NCBI GenBank assembly: GCA_043228905.1
Contig: JBHGNT010000008.1
Location: 13,082,001-13,146,000 of the forward strand
Direction of reading: 5' to 3'
Source of the DNA: Azolla caroliniana
Lineage: Eukaryota > Plantae > Polypodiophyta
Length of the DNA: 64,000 nucleotides
In this document: piece after piece, positions 28,601 to 41,848 of the stretch
Layout: every line of letters begins with the position of its first letter
Numbering within the stretch: position 1 is the first letter of the stretch
Notes under the pieces: model-generated
The model's input: only the letters and a program-made list of their open reading frames with translations
The model's database searches: none
What the model was told of the DNA's origin: nothing
Position numbers and translations under genes: made by a program

Positions 28601-31500
28601 GATGAGGAAGGGTACCGGCTTTTACCTTGTCAAATACATCGGCATAAGGATGATATTTTGCCGGAAGTTGTACTAAGGAGTCCTTCTTCATAGTGCTGGA
28701 AGGATGTACTGATATTGCAAATAGGAACATTGCCTCCTTGTGTCCTTCTTCGCGTAATTGATGGAGTGAAATGGTCGAAACTCGGTGAGTAGATTCTTGG
28801 GGTGGTCGATATCGGACTTCTCTTGTTCTCCAATCTATGGCTGGATTATGTAGTTCAAACCAAGGTAATCCTAGGACAATGGGATGCTCTGGACTACTAA
28901 TTATATTAAATGATATTACACACACAAAACTACCTAGGACAACTTGAATGGGTTCTGATTCTTCTACAATATTCCCGGAAGCAATGGGACGACCATCAAT
29001 GACTACTACAGATGGCACGTCGTCGTTGCTTTTCTTCTTCCGATAACGGGCCGCGTCGACGCATGGTGTCGATCTCCATCGGTGTCGGAATATTGGCTTG
29101 AGGTACATCGCGTGCAAACGGTTTAGCCGTGACTGAGGCGTATGTGGGTTCCGGTCGAGAGCGTGGTATTTGTAACTGACGTTCTGAACGCCGTTCGAAA
29201 AGGCGGTTGTCGCATCAGACCGCTCGACTGATTGCCTCCGTAAGAGACTTTGGTTCCTCGGGGAAGGTTAAAAGCAAGTCTTTGACATTGTTGCGCAAGC
29301 CGTAGAGAAACTCCTCCATGAGGGCCTGATCGTCCCAGGGGATATTTGAGGCGAGTAGACGGAAATCTGCCGCGTAGGCCGAGGCTGGACGATCGCCTTG
29401 ACACAATCTTCGGATCTTGTTGATCGCCATCCTGATGCTGTCGGTATCTCCAAAGCAGGCTTTAAACTCACCAATAAAAGCTTCAAAGTTATTAAGCAAG
29501 GGTGATTGTTTTTCTAGAAGTGGAGCGAACCATGCCAAGGCTGAGCCGCTAAGTAACGTGCCTATTAGGCCGACTCGAGATGCATCAGTGGGATATCGGG
29601 AAGGATGCATCTGGATGACTAAGCGTACCTGATTAAGGAATCCCCGGAATTGCGATCGTGTTCCATCAAATTTCACAGGAAGTCCAATCTTGGGCTCTTT
29701 ATGAAATCCTTGGGGACTTGATCCTTGTTGTTGCAACACCGCTTCGAGTTGTTGTACCCGTAACGCTAACTCACCATGTTGTTGTTGCGTTTGTTGTTTT
29801 TCGAGAGCGATTTGTTGCAGATCCCCTATCAATCGTTGGTTTTCTTGTTCCAGGGCAACAAACTTTTCTTTTAGGCACTGTAACTCGGAGAAAACGGATT
29901 GATATTCTTGGGCACTAATAGTAGCCATAGTATAGGGAAAAGGGTAGGAGGAAAAGAAGGAGAAATTTGGTTCAAACTGTTAGGAATAGTACTAAAACAG
30001 AGATGGAATTAGTACTAACAAGAGAAGTACTATTAGTACAAAGAAGACGGGACTGCGTGAGATTCCCGAGAGAGGAAGTGAGAAGAGGAGAGAGAGAGAG
30101 AAAGATAATGATAGCAGCTAATATATTATGTGAAAAGATAAGTACAAAGCGGCTAAGAGGCTTAAGACTGGTGTTGAACCAATTTGGTTCAATATAATGT
30201 CTAGTGCCTTCTTTTATAGTGTTTTCAGGAGTAATCCTGAAACTTCTAGAATGTTCCAGAGAAATCTGGAATATACATTACTTTCTTATAATAAAACATA
30301 AATGAAAATAATATCCTATGAATTACAATAGATGGTGTGATGGTAAGAGCTCGACCCATATACCATAAGGTAATGGGTTCGAGTCTTGCCATATCATGAC
30401 AATGACCTCAGGATCTTCTTCGTCCGTCTAACTGTTACAAAGTTACTAACTCTTACACTCTCACTCTCTCTTCCTTTCACAGTTATAGAGGCAACTACCT
30501 TCTCAATAACTTATTACAACTATATTGATCCTCACCTTAAAGTTTGCCCTAGTTGTATTTATACATATACAATTGTCTGGCTATTTACATACATAGCCCA
30601 CAAGGGGCACATTTAGGATATTTACATATATGGTCTCCTGATTTTGGTTTCAGTTTTTCATCTCGTGCTCGGCTGAAATACTTATTTACTCCATCTGACT
30701 CAGTTTTGTTCTCTTCCCATCCATAGGGACTTGTTTCCCAACAAACTCCCCCTTCACTCCGGCATGGGGTACTTATCCAATCCAACTCTTTGTCGGCACG
30801 AATTCAGCTTCTTAGTGACAACACCTTCGTCAACTTGTTTGACCAATTGTCGTTCGTGTGGATCTTTACCAAGCTAAAATCCTTTTCTTCTACTCGCTCT
30901 CAGAGCCAATGGTATCTTCTTTGGATGTGCTTGGTCCTCGAATGGTAGGTGGCATTTTTCACAAGGTGGATGGCACTCTAGTTATCACAATGGAGTCGGA
31001 ATTCCTCTTGTCGAATTCCCAACTCTCCGATGAACTCCCTCATCCAAATCACTTCCTTGCCGGCTTCTGTTGCGGCCATATACTCGGCTTCCGTGGTCGA
31101 CAACGCCACGACCTTCTGCAGCATCGACTGCCACGAGACAACTCCCCTTGCACATGTCATTACGTATCCGGACGTGGATCGGCTGGTATCCACATTAACC
31201 GACATGTCTGAATCTGTATAACCTTCCAATGTGGGGCTACTAGAGCCGAATCGAAGACACACATTCGAGATGCCTCTCAGGTACCGAAGTATCCATTTAA
31301 CTGCAACCCAATGCTCTCTTCCAGGATTGCTCATATATCGGCTAACCACTCCGACTACATATGTGATGCCCGGCCTTGTACACACCATTGCGTACATCAG
31401 GCTTCCGACTATCGAGGCATAAAGGACTTTTGACATCTCGGCCTTGTCGGTTTTCGATTTCAGACATTGACTTCCGCTCAGGTTATAGTTTGTTGGCAGT

Positions 31501-31609
31501 TAGAAGAAGAAGCCAAGAGGAAAGCTCGTGCAATGCATGTACGAGTGGTTGGTTGGGCTGAGAAAGGAAGCCCACAAGAAGATGCCACGAATCTTGGAAC
31601 AAAGATTGG
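31501..31609 (+). pseudogene. LINE ORF1 fragment
   Basis: LEEEAKRKARAMHVRVVGWAEKGSPQEDATNLGTKIG aligns by eye to LEEEKMRQARRLNVRVTRLKEGASPNEDAQTPGKMLG of the ORF1 at 49.3-50.1 kb. Confidence 0.75.
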
Positions 31610-34600
31610 TGTTGTACATTTTAGGGTTAGGGTTAATGGTAATGATATTGGTGATGGAGATGGTGTGTTTGATGAGGATGATGAGCATTATGGGATTGAT
31701 GGTGAGAGAGACGACAAGCATTGAGTAGCATTGTGGGGTGGGGGTGGTGCCTAGAATGGCTCCACCCCCCTCCCAAGGGGGTTCAACGTTAAGGGGAGGG
31801 AAGAGAGAGAGGGAGAGAGAGATGACAAGAGAGAGATTGAGAGAGAAATGGTTATTGTTGTATTCATTCATTCCCCATAAGGGGTTAAATAGGTACAAAA
31901 GGGAGTAGATACATAGGGGTGTAAGCCCCCTCAAGCATTCATACTGGACACTCACTCACACCTCCTCATATCCATCCACATGCACACATGTGTGCATGTG
32001 TTCACATACGTATAGACTCACAATTACATTTATGCCCCCTACACATACACGACAACATCATGATAACATTCGACTCTCGCTCATCACACTTGACTCTCCG
32101 TACATCTCGTACGGGGTAACACAATATGGCACACTCCTGGGAGAGTGCCTTGCATGTCGATCCCACATGCCTTGATGATGATATTTCTTCGACCGGAACT
32201 TCCATCGGTCCTTTCAACGATCGACTCCCTCGATCGGAGTGCTTGACTCAAACATCTTTGTCGGTCAACAAATATTTCGCGACACAAACATTCTCGTTCT
32301 GTCGGCTTACGAACTTCGTCATGGGTCCAAAATCATGTCGTGTAAATGTATGTTCTTCCTTTGTTTTGAGTATGTGTGAGTAGTCTTGGGGATTTTAAAA
32401 ATTTTGGTGGTGCCCTCTTGTTTTTTAAAATTTTGATATGTACCCTTATGTTGATGAAAATTTCTTGTTACGTCCTCATAATTTAAAAAAAAAAAATGTT
32501 CTATACCCCTACGTAATTGAAATTCTCACATATATCCTTAGCATATGCCCCTTATCATCTCTTTTTCCCCTCTTCTTCTTCTTTCTACATTTCATCATTC
32601 CTTTTTTCTGTTTTGCCTCTCCCGCTCTTTTCTTTGTCTGTCCATCTTTTTCCTGTCTTTCTCTTCTTTCTCTTCATGTTTGCAGATCTTGTCTTGTCTG
32701 TGTCAGTTTTTGCTTCTCTCTCTTCTGCGTCCTTCTCTTTCACGATCCCTTCTCCTTCTCCTTCTTCTTCTTGCTTTGTTCTGCATTTTCTCTTCTCTCT
32801 TCTTCTTTGTCTTGCTTCGTTTGCTTTTGTTGCCGCCACTGCTTCCATTGTCTGGTGCCATTTGCTATCCATCTCTCCGTTCGTCCATGCCTTGTCGCTG
32901 TTGGTCGCCATAGTCACTATCTTTGTTGGCCCTGTCTGGCCGGTCTCTAATCATCACCTATTCAGCCACTACTCCGGTGTTGGTTGTCTGGCCGTCGCAA
33001 GTTCGGCCACTCTGATGACTGTTCGGCTATTCCGGCCGTTGTCCGGCCATTCTAGCCGTCTCCATTCCAACCATCATCGCCTTTGTTTGTCGCTATCCGG
33101 TGCCTGTTCATAGGTTGTCGTCTCTATCTCCAACACTTTCTGTTGTCCACGTCTGGCTGTCTCTAACTGTTTTATCGGCTACCCATTGTTCGACCCATCT
33201 GGCCGTCGGTTTCACTCGTTGTCATGTGTCTGTTCGTCCCTTCGTTTCAGCGTCATCTCTGATTCGGCCGTCGATTGTTCAGCCGCCGCCATCGCACAGG
33301 CCGGTATTCAGCCATCCTTTTGCCTTTCCGGCCCTTCTGGTCAGTCCTTTGGTTGCTTCCGGCCATCTCCGTAGGTGTCTCTCTCTTCATTTTCCCTTGT
33401 CCAGCGGTCTCTTTCCACTGTTCGACCCTCGGTTTGGCCGCCGCTTGCCGACCTCTCCGGCCTTTTCCGTCTATGCCTCGGTCGATGTCAAGCTACCACT
33501 CCGTTGCGGACTCCATCACTGTCTCTGTTGGTTTCCGTCCATTCGAGTCCACGTCTATGTCTCTGGCTCCCTTGTGGGTTTCCGCATCACGTTGTCTCGT
33601 CTGACTTCTCTGTTTCTGGCTACGTTGTGTCGGTGTCTTTGTCTCCGTCTGGGTTTGCTAGTCGCCTCTGTCGTTGTCTGTCGACCGCCCATTTCGTCTG
33701 ACCGTTTGTCTGATCTGGTCCGGTCCTTCGTCTTTCTGGTTGTGTCTGTCTGGCTGGCCGTGTCCTTCCGGAACTTTGTCTCTGGTTCCGCCATTCTGCA
33801 TTGCCCATGGTCTTTGTGTGGCATCTCTGTCGCAGTCGACATCCATGTCTCTGTTTGTCCGGTGGTCTTCTTCTCTGTTAGGTGTCTCCGACCGTGTCTT
33901 TCCTGTGCTGTTGGTTTCTCTGGTTGTCGATGTCTGGTTTGCGTTTGCATCTCTTCTCTGACTTCTATGGTCCTTCGGTGTTAACCAACTCTGGTTCTTG
34001 TTCTGATTCCGGTTCCGACTCTCTCTACGTTGTTTCTTCTGGAACCATTGCCCGTGCATTCTCACCACATCCTGCCGGTCTCCGCTCCACACACTGCGAC
34101 TTTCTCTGCAGCCTCCTGGTGGGCTTCTCTTTCCGGTCGTGTTGGCACTGGTTCCCTCTGCGTTGCTGTTTGTCCAGCCGTGCATCTTGCACCACGCTTT
34201 TGAGAACACGCACATTGTCGCTAACCACTTTCAGAAACACGCACATGGGCAATAATCGCAACCTCGCACAAATATTGTTGTCATTCATGCATTCCTCCAT
34301 AGACTTCTTCCAACAACTTCACCATCATTTTCGCGTTTCGCCATTTCTTGCACTTAGTTGCTATGGCTTGCACATCCGCGTATCATTCTTCGACTTCGTC
34401 TCCAAAGTGGGGTTGCCTTAGTGGTCGCCAAAAGGTGTTGTACGTTTTAGGGTTAGGGTTAATGGTAATGATATTGGTGATGGAGATGGTGTGTTTGATG
34501 AGGATGATGAGCGTTATGGGATTGATGGTGAGAGAGACGACAAGCATTGAGTAGCATTGTGGGGTGGGGGGTGGTGCCTAGAATGGCTCCAACCCCCTCC

Positions 34601-34948
34601 CAAGGGGGTTCAACGTTAAGGGGAGGGAAGAGAGAGAGGGAGAGAGAGATGACAAGAGAGAGATTGAGAGAGAAATGGTTATTGTTGTATTCATTCATTC
34701 CCCATAAGGGGTTAAATAGGTACAAAAGGGGGTAGATACATAGGGGTGTAAGCCCCCTCAAGCATTCATACTGGACACTCACTCACACCTCCTCGTATCC
34801 ATCCACATGCACACACGTGTGCATGTGTTCACATATGTATAGACTCACAATTACATTTATGCCCCCTACACATACACAACAACATCATGATAACATTCGA
34901 CCCTCGCTCATCACACTTGACTCTCCGTACATCTCGTACGGGGTAACA
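31610..34948 (-). mobile_element. Non-autonomous LTR element G (LARD/TRIM-like) with no recognisable retroelement protein
   Basis: Near-identical ~512-bp direct repeats at 31610-32121 and 34436-34948 (TG..CA). PBS-like TGGCGACCAC on the minus strand at 34421-34430. Low-complexity interior; no matching TSD. Confidence 0.75.
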
Positions 34949-34979
34949 CTATTTGTCTGATCTGGTCCGGTCCTACTAT

Positions 34980-36810
34980 TTTAAAAGTCGGTCGATGAAA
35001 AGGGGAGAATGGCCATTTTATCCGAACTCGAAGATGATGAAGGGGCGTACGGCCTCACCGAGGATTGGAACGAGGTAGAGAGGGTATGCCAATGACACGA
35101 GGAGATGCGGTCGTCCACAACACGGCCCGCAAGCGACAGTGAAAGGAGGATGGTGAGTGACTACGCATCACCGCCGATGGAGGAAAGCTCACCACGGAAT
35201 GGTTCGGTGGAGCTCGACATCGAAGCCTTGGTACGGGAAGCGTACGAGATCGTGAAGGCACAAATCGAAGCCGAAGAAGGGTCTACTATGGAGACGGGCC
35301 GGAGACAATCGGAGGATGCGGAAAAAGAAGCCTCTCTATGCGTCGACGACGGGGCCTATGTGGATATTGACGTGGGAGAGGGTGCGGAGCAAGCGACCCT
35401 CTCGTCTTGCGGTGAATGGACGGCCATGGATGAGGCTGGTGACTACGGAGCGGGGAGCGCCACTTCGAGAGTGGGCGGAGGATTCGGGACACGATGTCCC
35501 GAAACATCAAGTAGGGAGAAGATGAGTGGGGGTGCCGAGACCTTACCCACACCGGTTCTAGAGACTCTGGCATCCGGCCCGAGAGCTGGTGTGAGACCTA
35601 GAGTGAGGGACGGTGGCGGCGGCAAGACGGGCAACCGAAACGAGGAAGAGGAGGAGGCAAGCATAATCGAGGCTTGCATAATCTGGGACGGGGTAGCCAC
35701 GGACAACGACGTCCGGACGGAGGTGGCTACGGACATGACGAACGGTGGTGGTGGAACCTTACCCACACCGGTTCTAGAGACTCCGACGGTCGGCCTAAGA
35801 GCCAGCATGAGACCTAGAGTGACGGACGGTGGTGGCGGCAAGGCGGACGACTGGAACGACGACGAGGAAGGTCATAGCGGATGGAGGAGAAATCCCTCGA
35901 CACCGGGGTCGGAGACTTCGGTGGTTGCATACAAACACAAGACTGGAGAGATGGGCAGTGGCCATGAGGATGCGAGGCCCGGAGCGGGCACGTGCGGAAG
36001 GACTGAAAGGGAGGTCGGGAGTGGCAACGAGGAGAGAGTCGGGAACCAACCCGACCGGAAGACGAACCGGTCGGTAATCCGACACAACCGGAAGAAGACG
36101 CGGAAGAAGATTTGAGCGGGGGCCGGTCAACCGGGCCTGAACGGAAGAAGAGCCGGCAAGGCCGGAATTGTTTTGCCAAACCCTTATTGAACGGTTACGA
36201 TTACGGAAGGGAGCCGACCGAACCGGAACATGATCAGTCAAGGCCGAACTGGGGAAGGACTATGCCGGCATGATTGGAGGTCGAGGGATACGGGTCACAA
36301 CACCCGGTGGGAGCCGGTGAGCATGAGAGGGAGGCTAACCGGGCACAACGACTACGGTTCGGTGAAAGATCGGAAACAAGCGGGACCCTCCACAACCATT
36401 CTAGAGACTTCGGCGGTTGCGAATCAACATAAGACCGGAGAGATGATGTGTGGCGGTGAGGAGTCGGAGGCTGGAGCGGATGAGGATACCGGAATGGGTA
36501 TCCGATATGGAATGACGGACGAGCGGGGCCAAGACAGTAAGCGGGAGTCGGAGGCCGGAGCAGATGAGGATACCAGAATGGGTATCCGATACGGAATGAT
36601 GGACGAGCGGGGCCAAGACAGTAAGCGGGAGTCGGAAGGGGCTATGGAAACGAAGGGAGAAGAGGCCGATGAGGAGGTCAGGTCTACGACGAGTGAAGGG
36701 CGTAAAACGGAGCATGCACTACAGCCGGCGAAGGGCCAAGAAACAAACATGCACCTAGAAGAGCGGCAACGAGTGACAGGCAACGGCGGGCCGGTCGAGC
36801 CTTTGAGAGG
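34980..36810 (+). other. GC-rich, internally repetitive retroelement-derived segment (ORFs 35105-36115 and 36230-36810)
   Basis: Repeated TLPTPVLET modules, an 84-bp tandem duplication at 36461-36628, and a CCGG-rich acidic stretch resembling the IN-RT linker of H. Ends in VEPLR at the J insertion. Confidence 0.45.
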
Positions 36811-39800
36811 TGTTGAGAATCAAGCTCAACATAGCACAACGTGTGAACACAACCTTTGAGAATCTATGATTACTCAAAGGTCAAGAGTCACACCACTACT
36901 CTCTACACATTAACTATGTGTCATTGAATCATATTCTATGACACATAACTAATGAGTTACATATTCCCCATGACTATGAGTCTTCACATTTCCCAAGAGA
37001 GAGAGTGGTTATTTTAAAGTTAATGAAGAGAGAGGGTGACTCTATATAAAGCACTCTCCTCATACTTCATACTAGGTTGGTTGTGACTCCTTATGCTACA
37101 TTTTGTAATTCTTATTCTACTTGTGAAATATACACCTTCTTCTTGAGTATTTTATTTCTCTTGTCTATCTATCTAGTGTTCTCTCATCTCTCCTCTAATT
37201 CCTCTCACACATACACATAACACACATCTCTTCCGCTACACAAGAATCATACCCAATTCTTTACATGGTATCAGAGCGATTTGGTAGCTCGATCTAGCCC
37301 ACTCGTCTCATCGTGATCGTGTGTCGTGCTCTACGCCGACGTTCAAGAAAAACCGGCTCATGGCTATCGTAGTAACACTACATAGCTCGTGTTCGAGAGA
37401 GAAGGAAAAGAAGAAAGGAAGCTTAATCGACAATGAATACTCAAATGGGGAGTGCCCTCCCTAGCGAGAAGTTGGACCGAAACAACTTCGCATCTTGGGA
37501 GTACAAGATGCACCAATACTTTGTCGGCCAAGGCTATTGGGGTTACATCAAGGGAGCACAAGAAAACCGACCCAAGCCGGAAGACGCCGACTATGCAATG
37601 TGGGAGCAAGTGGCAAGCCATGTGATGTATTGCTTGGCGACATGTGTTCACGACCACATGTTCGGCTACATTCGAGAAGCCGAGACGCCGAAGGAAGCGT
37701 GGGAGAATCTACAAAAGATTTTCGCCGCCAACACGACTGCGAGAAAGCTTCAACTCCGCCAAGAGTTGAATAACATTCAACAACGGGATATGTCCATTAC
37801 AAGCTATACCTTGAATATCAAGGAGCTTTGCGACTCGCTCGGCTCGATAAGCGTCAATGTGGACGATGATGAGATGGTGCAAATATGCCTCGACGGCCTT
37901 GCACCACGATTCGGCGCGATGCGGACCGCCGTACTAGCACAGGAGAATCCACCCTCCTTCGATCTTCAATCCATGTTGTTGGTTGAAGAGAATCATGTTC
38001 GAACAAGGAACAACGCCTCGGAAGGCCAAATGCTGTACACGCATTCGGACGGAGGAAGAGGACGTGACCGTGCAAGAAGAGGCCGATTCGGCCAAGGACG
38101 TGGCGGACAAGGCCCGATTTACGAAAACAACTCGCAATTTCGGCATCAAGACGGAAGCCATCGAGGAACCTTCGGAAGAAGGGGGAGCTTCCATTCCAGT
38201 CCGAACCGACAAAACTTAGTCAAATGCGGATATTGCGGAAAAATCGGTCACCACGAAGAAGAATGCCATAAGGAGATATGCGAGTCGGCTTCCACTAGCC
38301 GACAACTCACCAACTATGCCATCAACTCCGACTATGATGATCGTGGCGGAATGTTTGTGATGAGACATAGAACAAATTCTATGTCGGCCTCCGGTCCGGA
38401 AGACGTATGGTTCGTCAATTCTAGTGCCTCGAACCATATGACATCGCATCAAGAATGGTTCCGAGAACTTTGAGAGCCGGACCGACTCGGCTATGTTGAA
38501 ACCGGAGACGACATTACGCACCCGATTCGGCACATCGACAATGTTCCGTTTGGAGAAGAAGGTAAGCAAACTTATATTAAAAATGTCTTGCATGTACCAA
38601 CTATCATGAAGAATTTGGTCTCCGTCGGCCAAATTGTAGAACAAGGAATGCAAATACGTTTAATCAAGGTGGTTGCTTCATCGAAAAAGAGGGCCTACTC
38701 ATCGCTTGCGGACAAAGAGAGGGCCGAATGTTCATTCTCGACTCACACGAGATGAAATCGGCCATGTTCGCAAAGGGCGTGAAAGCCGATTCCGACATAG
38801 AGTTATGGCACAAGCGGATTGGCCATTTAAATCTCCAAAAACTCAAGGCAATGCAATCGAAAGGAGTCGTCATCGGGCTCCCGACATTCATGGAGAAAGA
38901 GATTGAAGGAGTGTGTGCCGCTTGCCAATTCGGCAAGCAACATCGGCACCCATTTCCAAGGGAGTGGAATGTGAGCAAAGGCGTACTTGATGTAATTCAT
39001 TCCGATGTATGGGGTCCGGCTCAGACGACGACATTCGGCGGAAGTCGATACTATGTGACCTTCATCGACAATTTCTCTAGGCACACTTGGATCTACCCGA
39101 TGTGGCAAAAGAGCGAAGTGCTCGTACACTTGCAAAAATTGAAGAATGAAGTCGAGAAAGCCACGGGCCGACATGTACGATGTCTTCGGTCGGATGGAGG
39201 CAAGGAATACTTCTCCGACAAATTTTCGGCATTTCTACGAAAAGAAGGAATACGGCGAGAGTTTTCGTGTAGACATACGCCGCAACAAAATGGAGTGGCC
39301 GAACGCAAGAATTGGCACATCCTCGAAGTGGCATGGGGCATGATGAACGAAAAACACGTGCCGAAGTCGTACTGGGCAGAAGTGGCTAACACGGCCGTAT
39401 ATGTCATGAATCGGTGTACGACATCAGGTGTGCACGAACTTACTCCGCACGAGAAGTTCTTCGGAAAGAAGCTGAACCTATCGCATGTTCGGATATTCGA
39501 CTCCATTGCGTACATGCACATCCTCGACAAGAAGCATCAAAAGCTCGACCTGAAGTCGGAGAAATGTATCCTCGTAGGATACTCACTGGAGCAAAAGGGG
39601 TACAAGTGCTACAACCCCTCAACTCGAAAATCTCGCGTAAGTCAAGATGTCGTTTTCGACGAGTCCGCATCCTAGTACTGTCAGGAACAGTACTAAGACA
39701 GAGAAGGAATTAGTACTAAAAGAAGTATTAGTACTAAGAGAGGTGAAGGACTCTCAAGAGAAGGAATGAGTGAGTGAGAGGGAGGGAGAGAGAGATCGAG

Positions 39801-41630
39801 AGAAAGAAAGAAAGAAAGAAAGAAAGATGTATTAACGTCTTCTAAGGCCAAATTTGGCCCATGAGACAATTGGTTTACAACAATAGAGTATTTATCCAGT
39901 CATCATAACTAAAAATAAAATTAAGTAAAAAAAATAAATAGAACTTAAACTAAAAGAGTTCTAGTGGTGTACAATATGTAGTATACTCGAAAGTGACTAT
40001 ACACTAAGCCTAATTTTATTTCCACCCAAGCCTCTCGAAAAGAAGTGGGGGGTCAAAGGGTCTTGATGTGGGTTCCAATGTAGAGAGTGCCCTAGCCATG
40101 GCTTCTAGGCGATGTAGCTCACGTTCCCTTATTTTCAATATTGCTTCCACATCACGTTGAGTTGCTTTGAAACCCGGCACCCGAGGACGTCTGGTTCTAC
40201 TCTGGTTTTCTGCCTCATCAATGGAAAGGCCGAGTGGTGCAAGTGTGTCGGCATTCGTTGTCTCCTCAGGTTCTTGAAAAACTGCATTTGTTACATGTTC
40301 GTGATCATTAGCAACATTATTTTCCACATTTTGTAATTTATTCTCTCTGTGTTGTTTTAGCTCTAGAATGTATTTGCCTAATTTCTTTATATCTAGAGTA
40401 TCTAATAGTTTGGGGAGGGTGGGAGATGGACCAAGTATGTCTTGGTATTTTGCCCTTATCTCGGCATAGGTTGGACACTTGCATGTAAAGTGGTACTCAT
40501 CCTCTATCTCTATGTGACATAACCTACATATCCTTTCCTCCCTAGGGACTCCACTAGTACGGCCATTTTCAATCTCAAGTTGGTGAGATGATATTCTAAG
40601 TTGTCCAATGGCAACCCTTAGTGCATGTGGTAAGAATACATCTAGATATTTTGGCCGCGTGATAAAACCTAACTCAGAGAAGTGCATGAAGTGTTTCTTA
40701 TAGTACGACATTTTAGATGGGAGTGGCTCTAGTGGGGTGATCCATTTACACCGAGTGTAAATTTGCCATATTTCTTGGCGTATTACTTTATTGCGGTTCT
40801 CATGAGAGATTAAGGTGTTATCACTCGTGTGGTTGTACCTAAGGGGAGGTAGGTTATTAATGTCTAGACCATTCGCAAGAAGCCAAGTCACCATCATGCC
40901 ATACCATGAGCTAGTATAGCCGGACTCATACAATGATCAAGAGTCCTTAAAGGCTTGATGAGATATTCTCTCATGTGGTTGGCTATGTATCCTATCAATA
41001 AAGACTACAAGTTGAAAAAGTGTCTCTACTAACATTGGGGGTAACGTGAACTCGGCCCTAATAATGTCATGTGGTACAGTCGATTTGCTTCGGAGTTGGC
41101 GTGATAGCATCATCACCAATGGTCTCTCTAATTGCGTCCACATGAAGGATGGTAATCCTGGAGCCCAAACCGCTGATGCATACATGAGGGAGGGGGTCAC
41201 TAATGAGTCAAAGAGCCACCCTTTAGTCCGTGGCTCTTGAAAGTGTGCTTGGTGGCATTGTCTCTCTAGGAGTGAGAGGGATGCATGTCCTCTCGTGAGT
41301 CTATCCTTCGCTGCCTGTGTCATCGAAAATTTACCTGAGCGGGCACTAAAAGTGACTCCGAGATATACGTACGATCCAACCACCTCGACTGGGCTATGGG
41401 AGATAGTTAGGTGACACTTAGCTCTAACTTGGGCCGATGTGTGGAAGATAAGGACTTTCGTTTTCCCTAGATTCACTACCAATCCTCGTTGTACACAAAA
41501 GTCATCTAAGGCATTGAGGTGCCTCTGTAGGTCGTGTTCGGATTCAGAGAGCAAAACTATGTCATCCGTGTTGGGATTTCGGTCCCTCCGGATGGGATGT
41601 CCGGAGATGAATGACGGCAAGCCCGGTTGA

Positions 41631-41848
41631 GGTTACGGAGCCGGATGATGAAGACCCCGGTTACGGAGCCGGATGATGAAGACCCTGGCTACGGAGCCGG
41701 ATGATGAAGACCCCGGTTACGGAGCCGGATGATGAAGACCCTGGCTACGGAGCCGGATGATGAAGACCCCGGTTACGGAGCCGGATGATGAAGACCCCGG
41801 TTACGGAGCCGGATGACGAAGACCCCGGCTACGGAGCCGGATGATGAA
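41631..41848 (+). repeat. 28-bp tandem array in the U3 of the H 5' LTR (7 units plus a partial; 5 plus a partial at 46496-46657)
   Basis: Unit GG(T/C)TACGGAGCCGGATGATGAAGACCC(C/T), head to tail with no spacers. Confidence 0.95.

Larger units (their letters stand above)
25258..30401 (-). mobile_element. Ty3/gypsy chromovirus F (Tcn1/Tf1-like), disabled
   Basis: 424-bp LTRs at 25258-25681 and 29978-30401 (about 6 mismatches). TSD ATGAC; PPT 25682-25693. Gag, RT (IYLDD), RNase H (DASD), IN (SDRGPQF) and chromodomain (EYEVAAIL..YYLVDWLGY..TWEP) in frameshifted ORFs. Confidence 0.95.
25049..31500 (-). mobile_element. Copia element E (3' LTR split by gypsy F, plus RNase H and RT end), related to H
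   Basis: LTR pieces about 25049-25257 and 30407-30743, PPT 30744-30754, and ORF 30978-31436 closely similar to the H polyprotein. Truncated at about 31500. Confidence 0.8.

Noticed and set aside
32438-34421. Long Cys/Ser/Leu/Phe-rich ORFs as host membrane proteins
   Set aside because: They arise from pyrimidine-rich low-complexity sequence inside G and show no recognisable domain.
41631-41848. 28-bp repeats resembling a CRISPR array
   Set aside because: No spacers, no cas genes, eukaryotic context; the array lies inside both LTRs of H.
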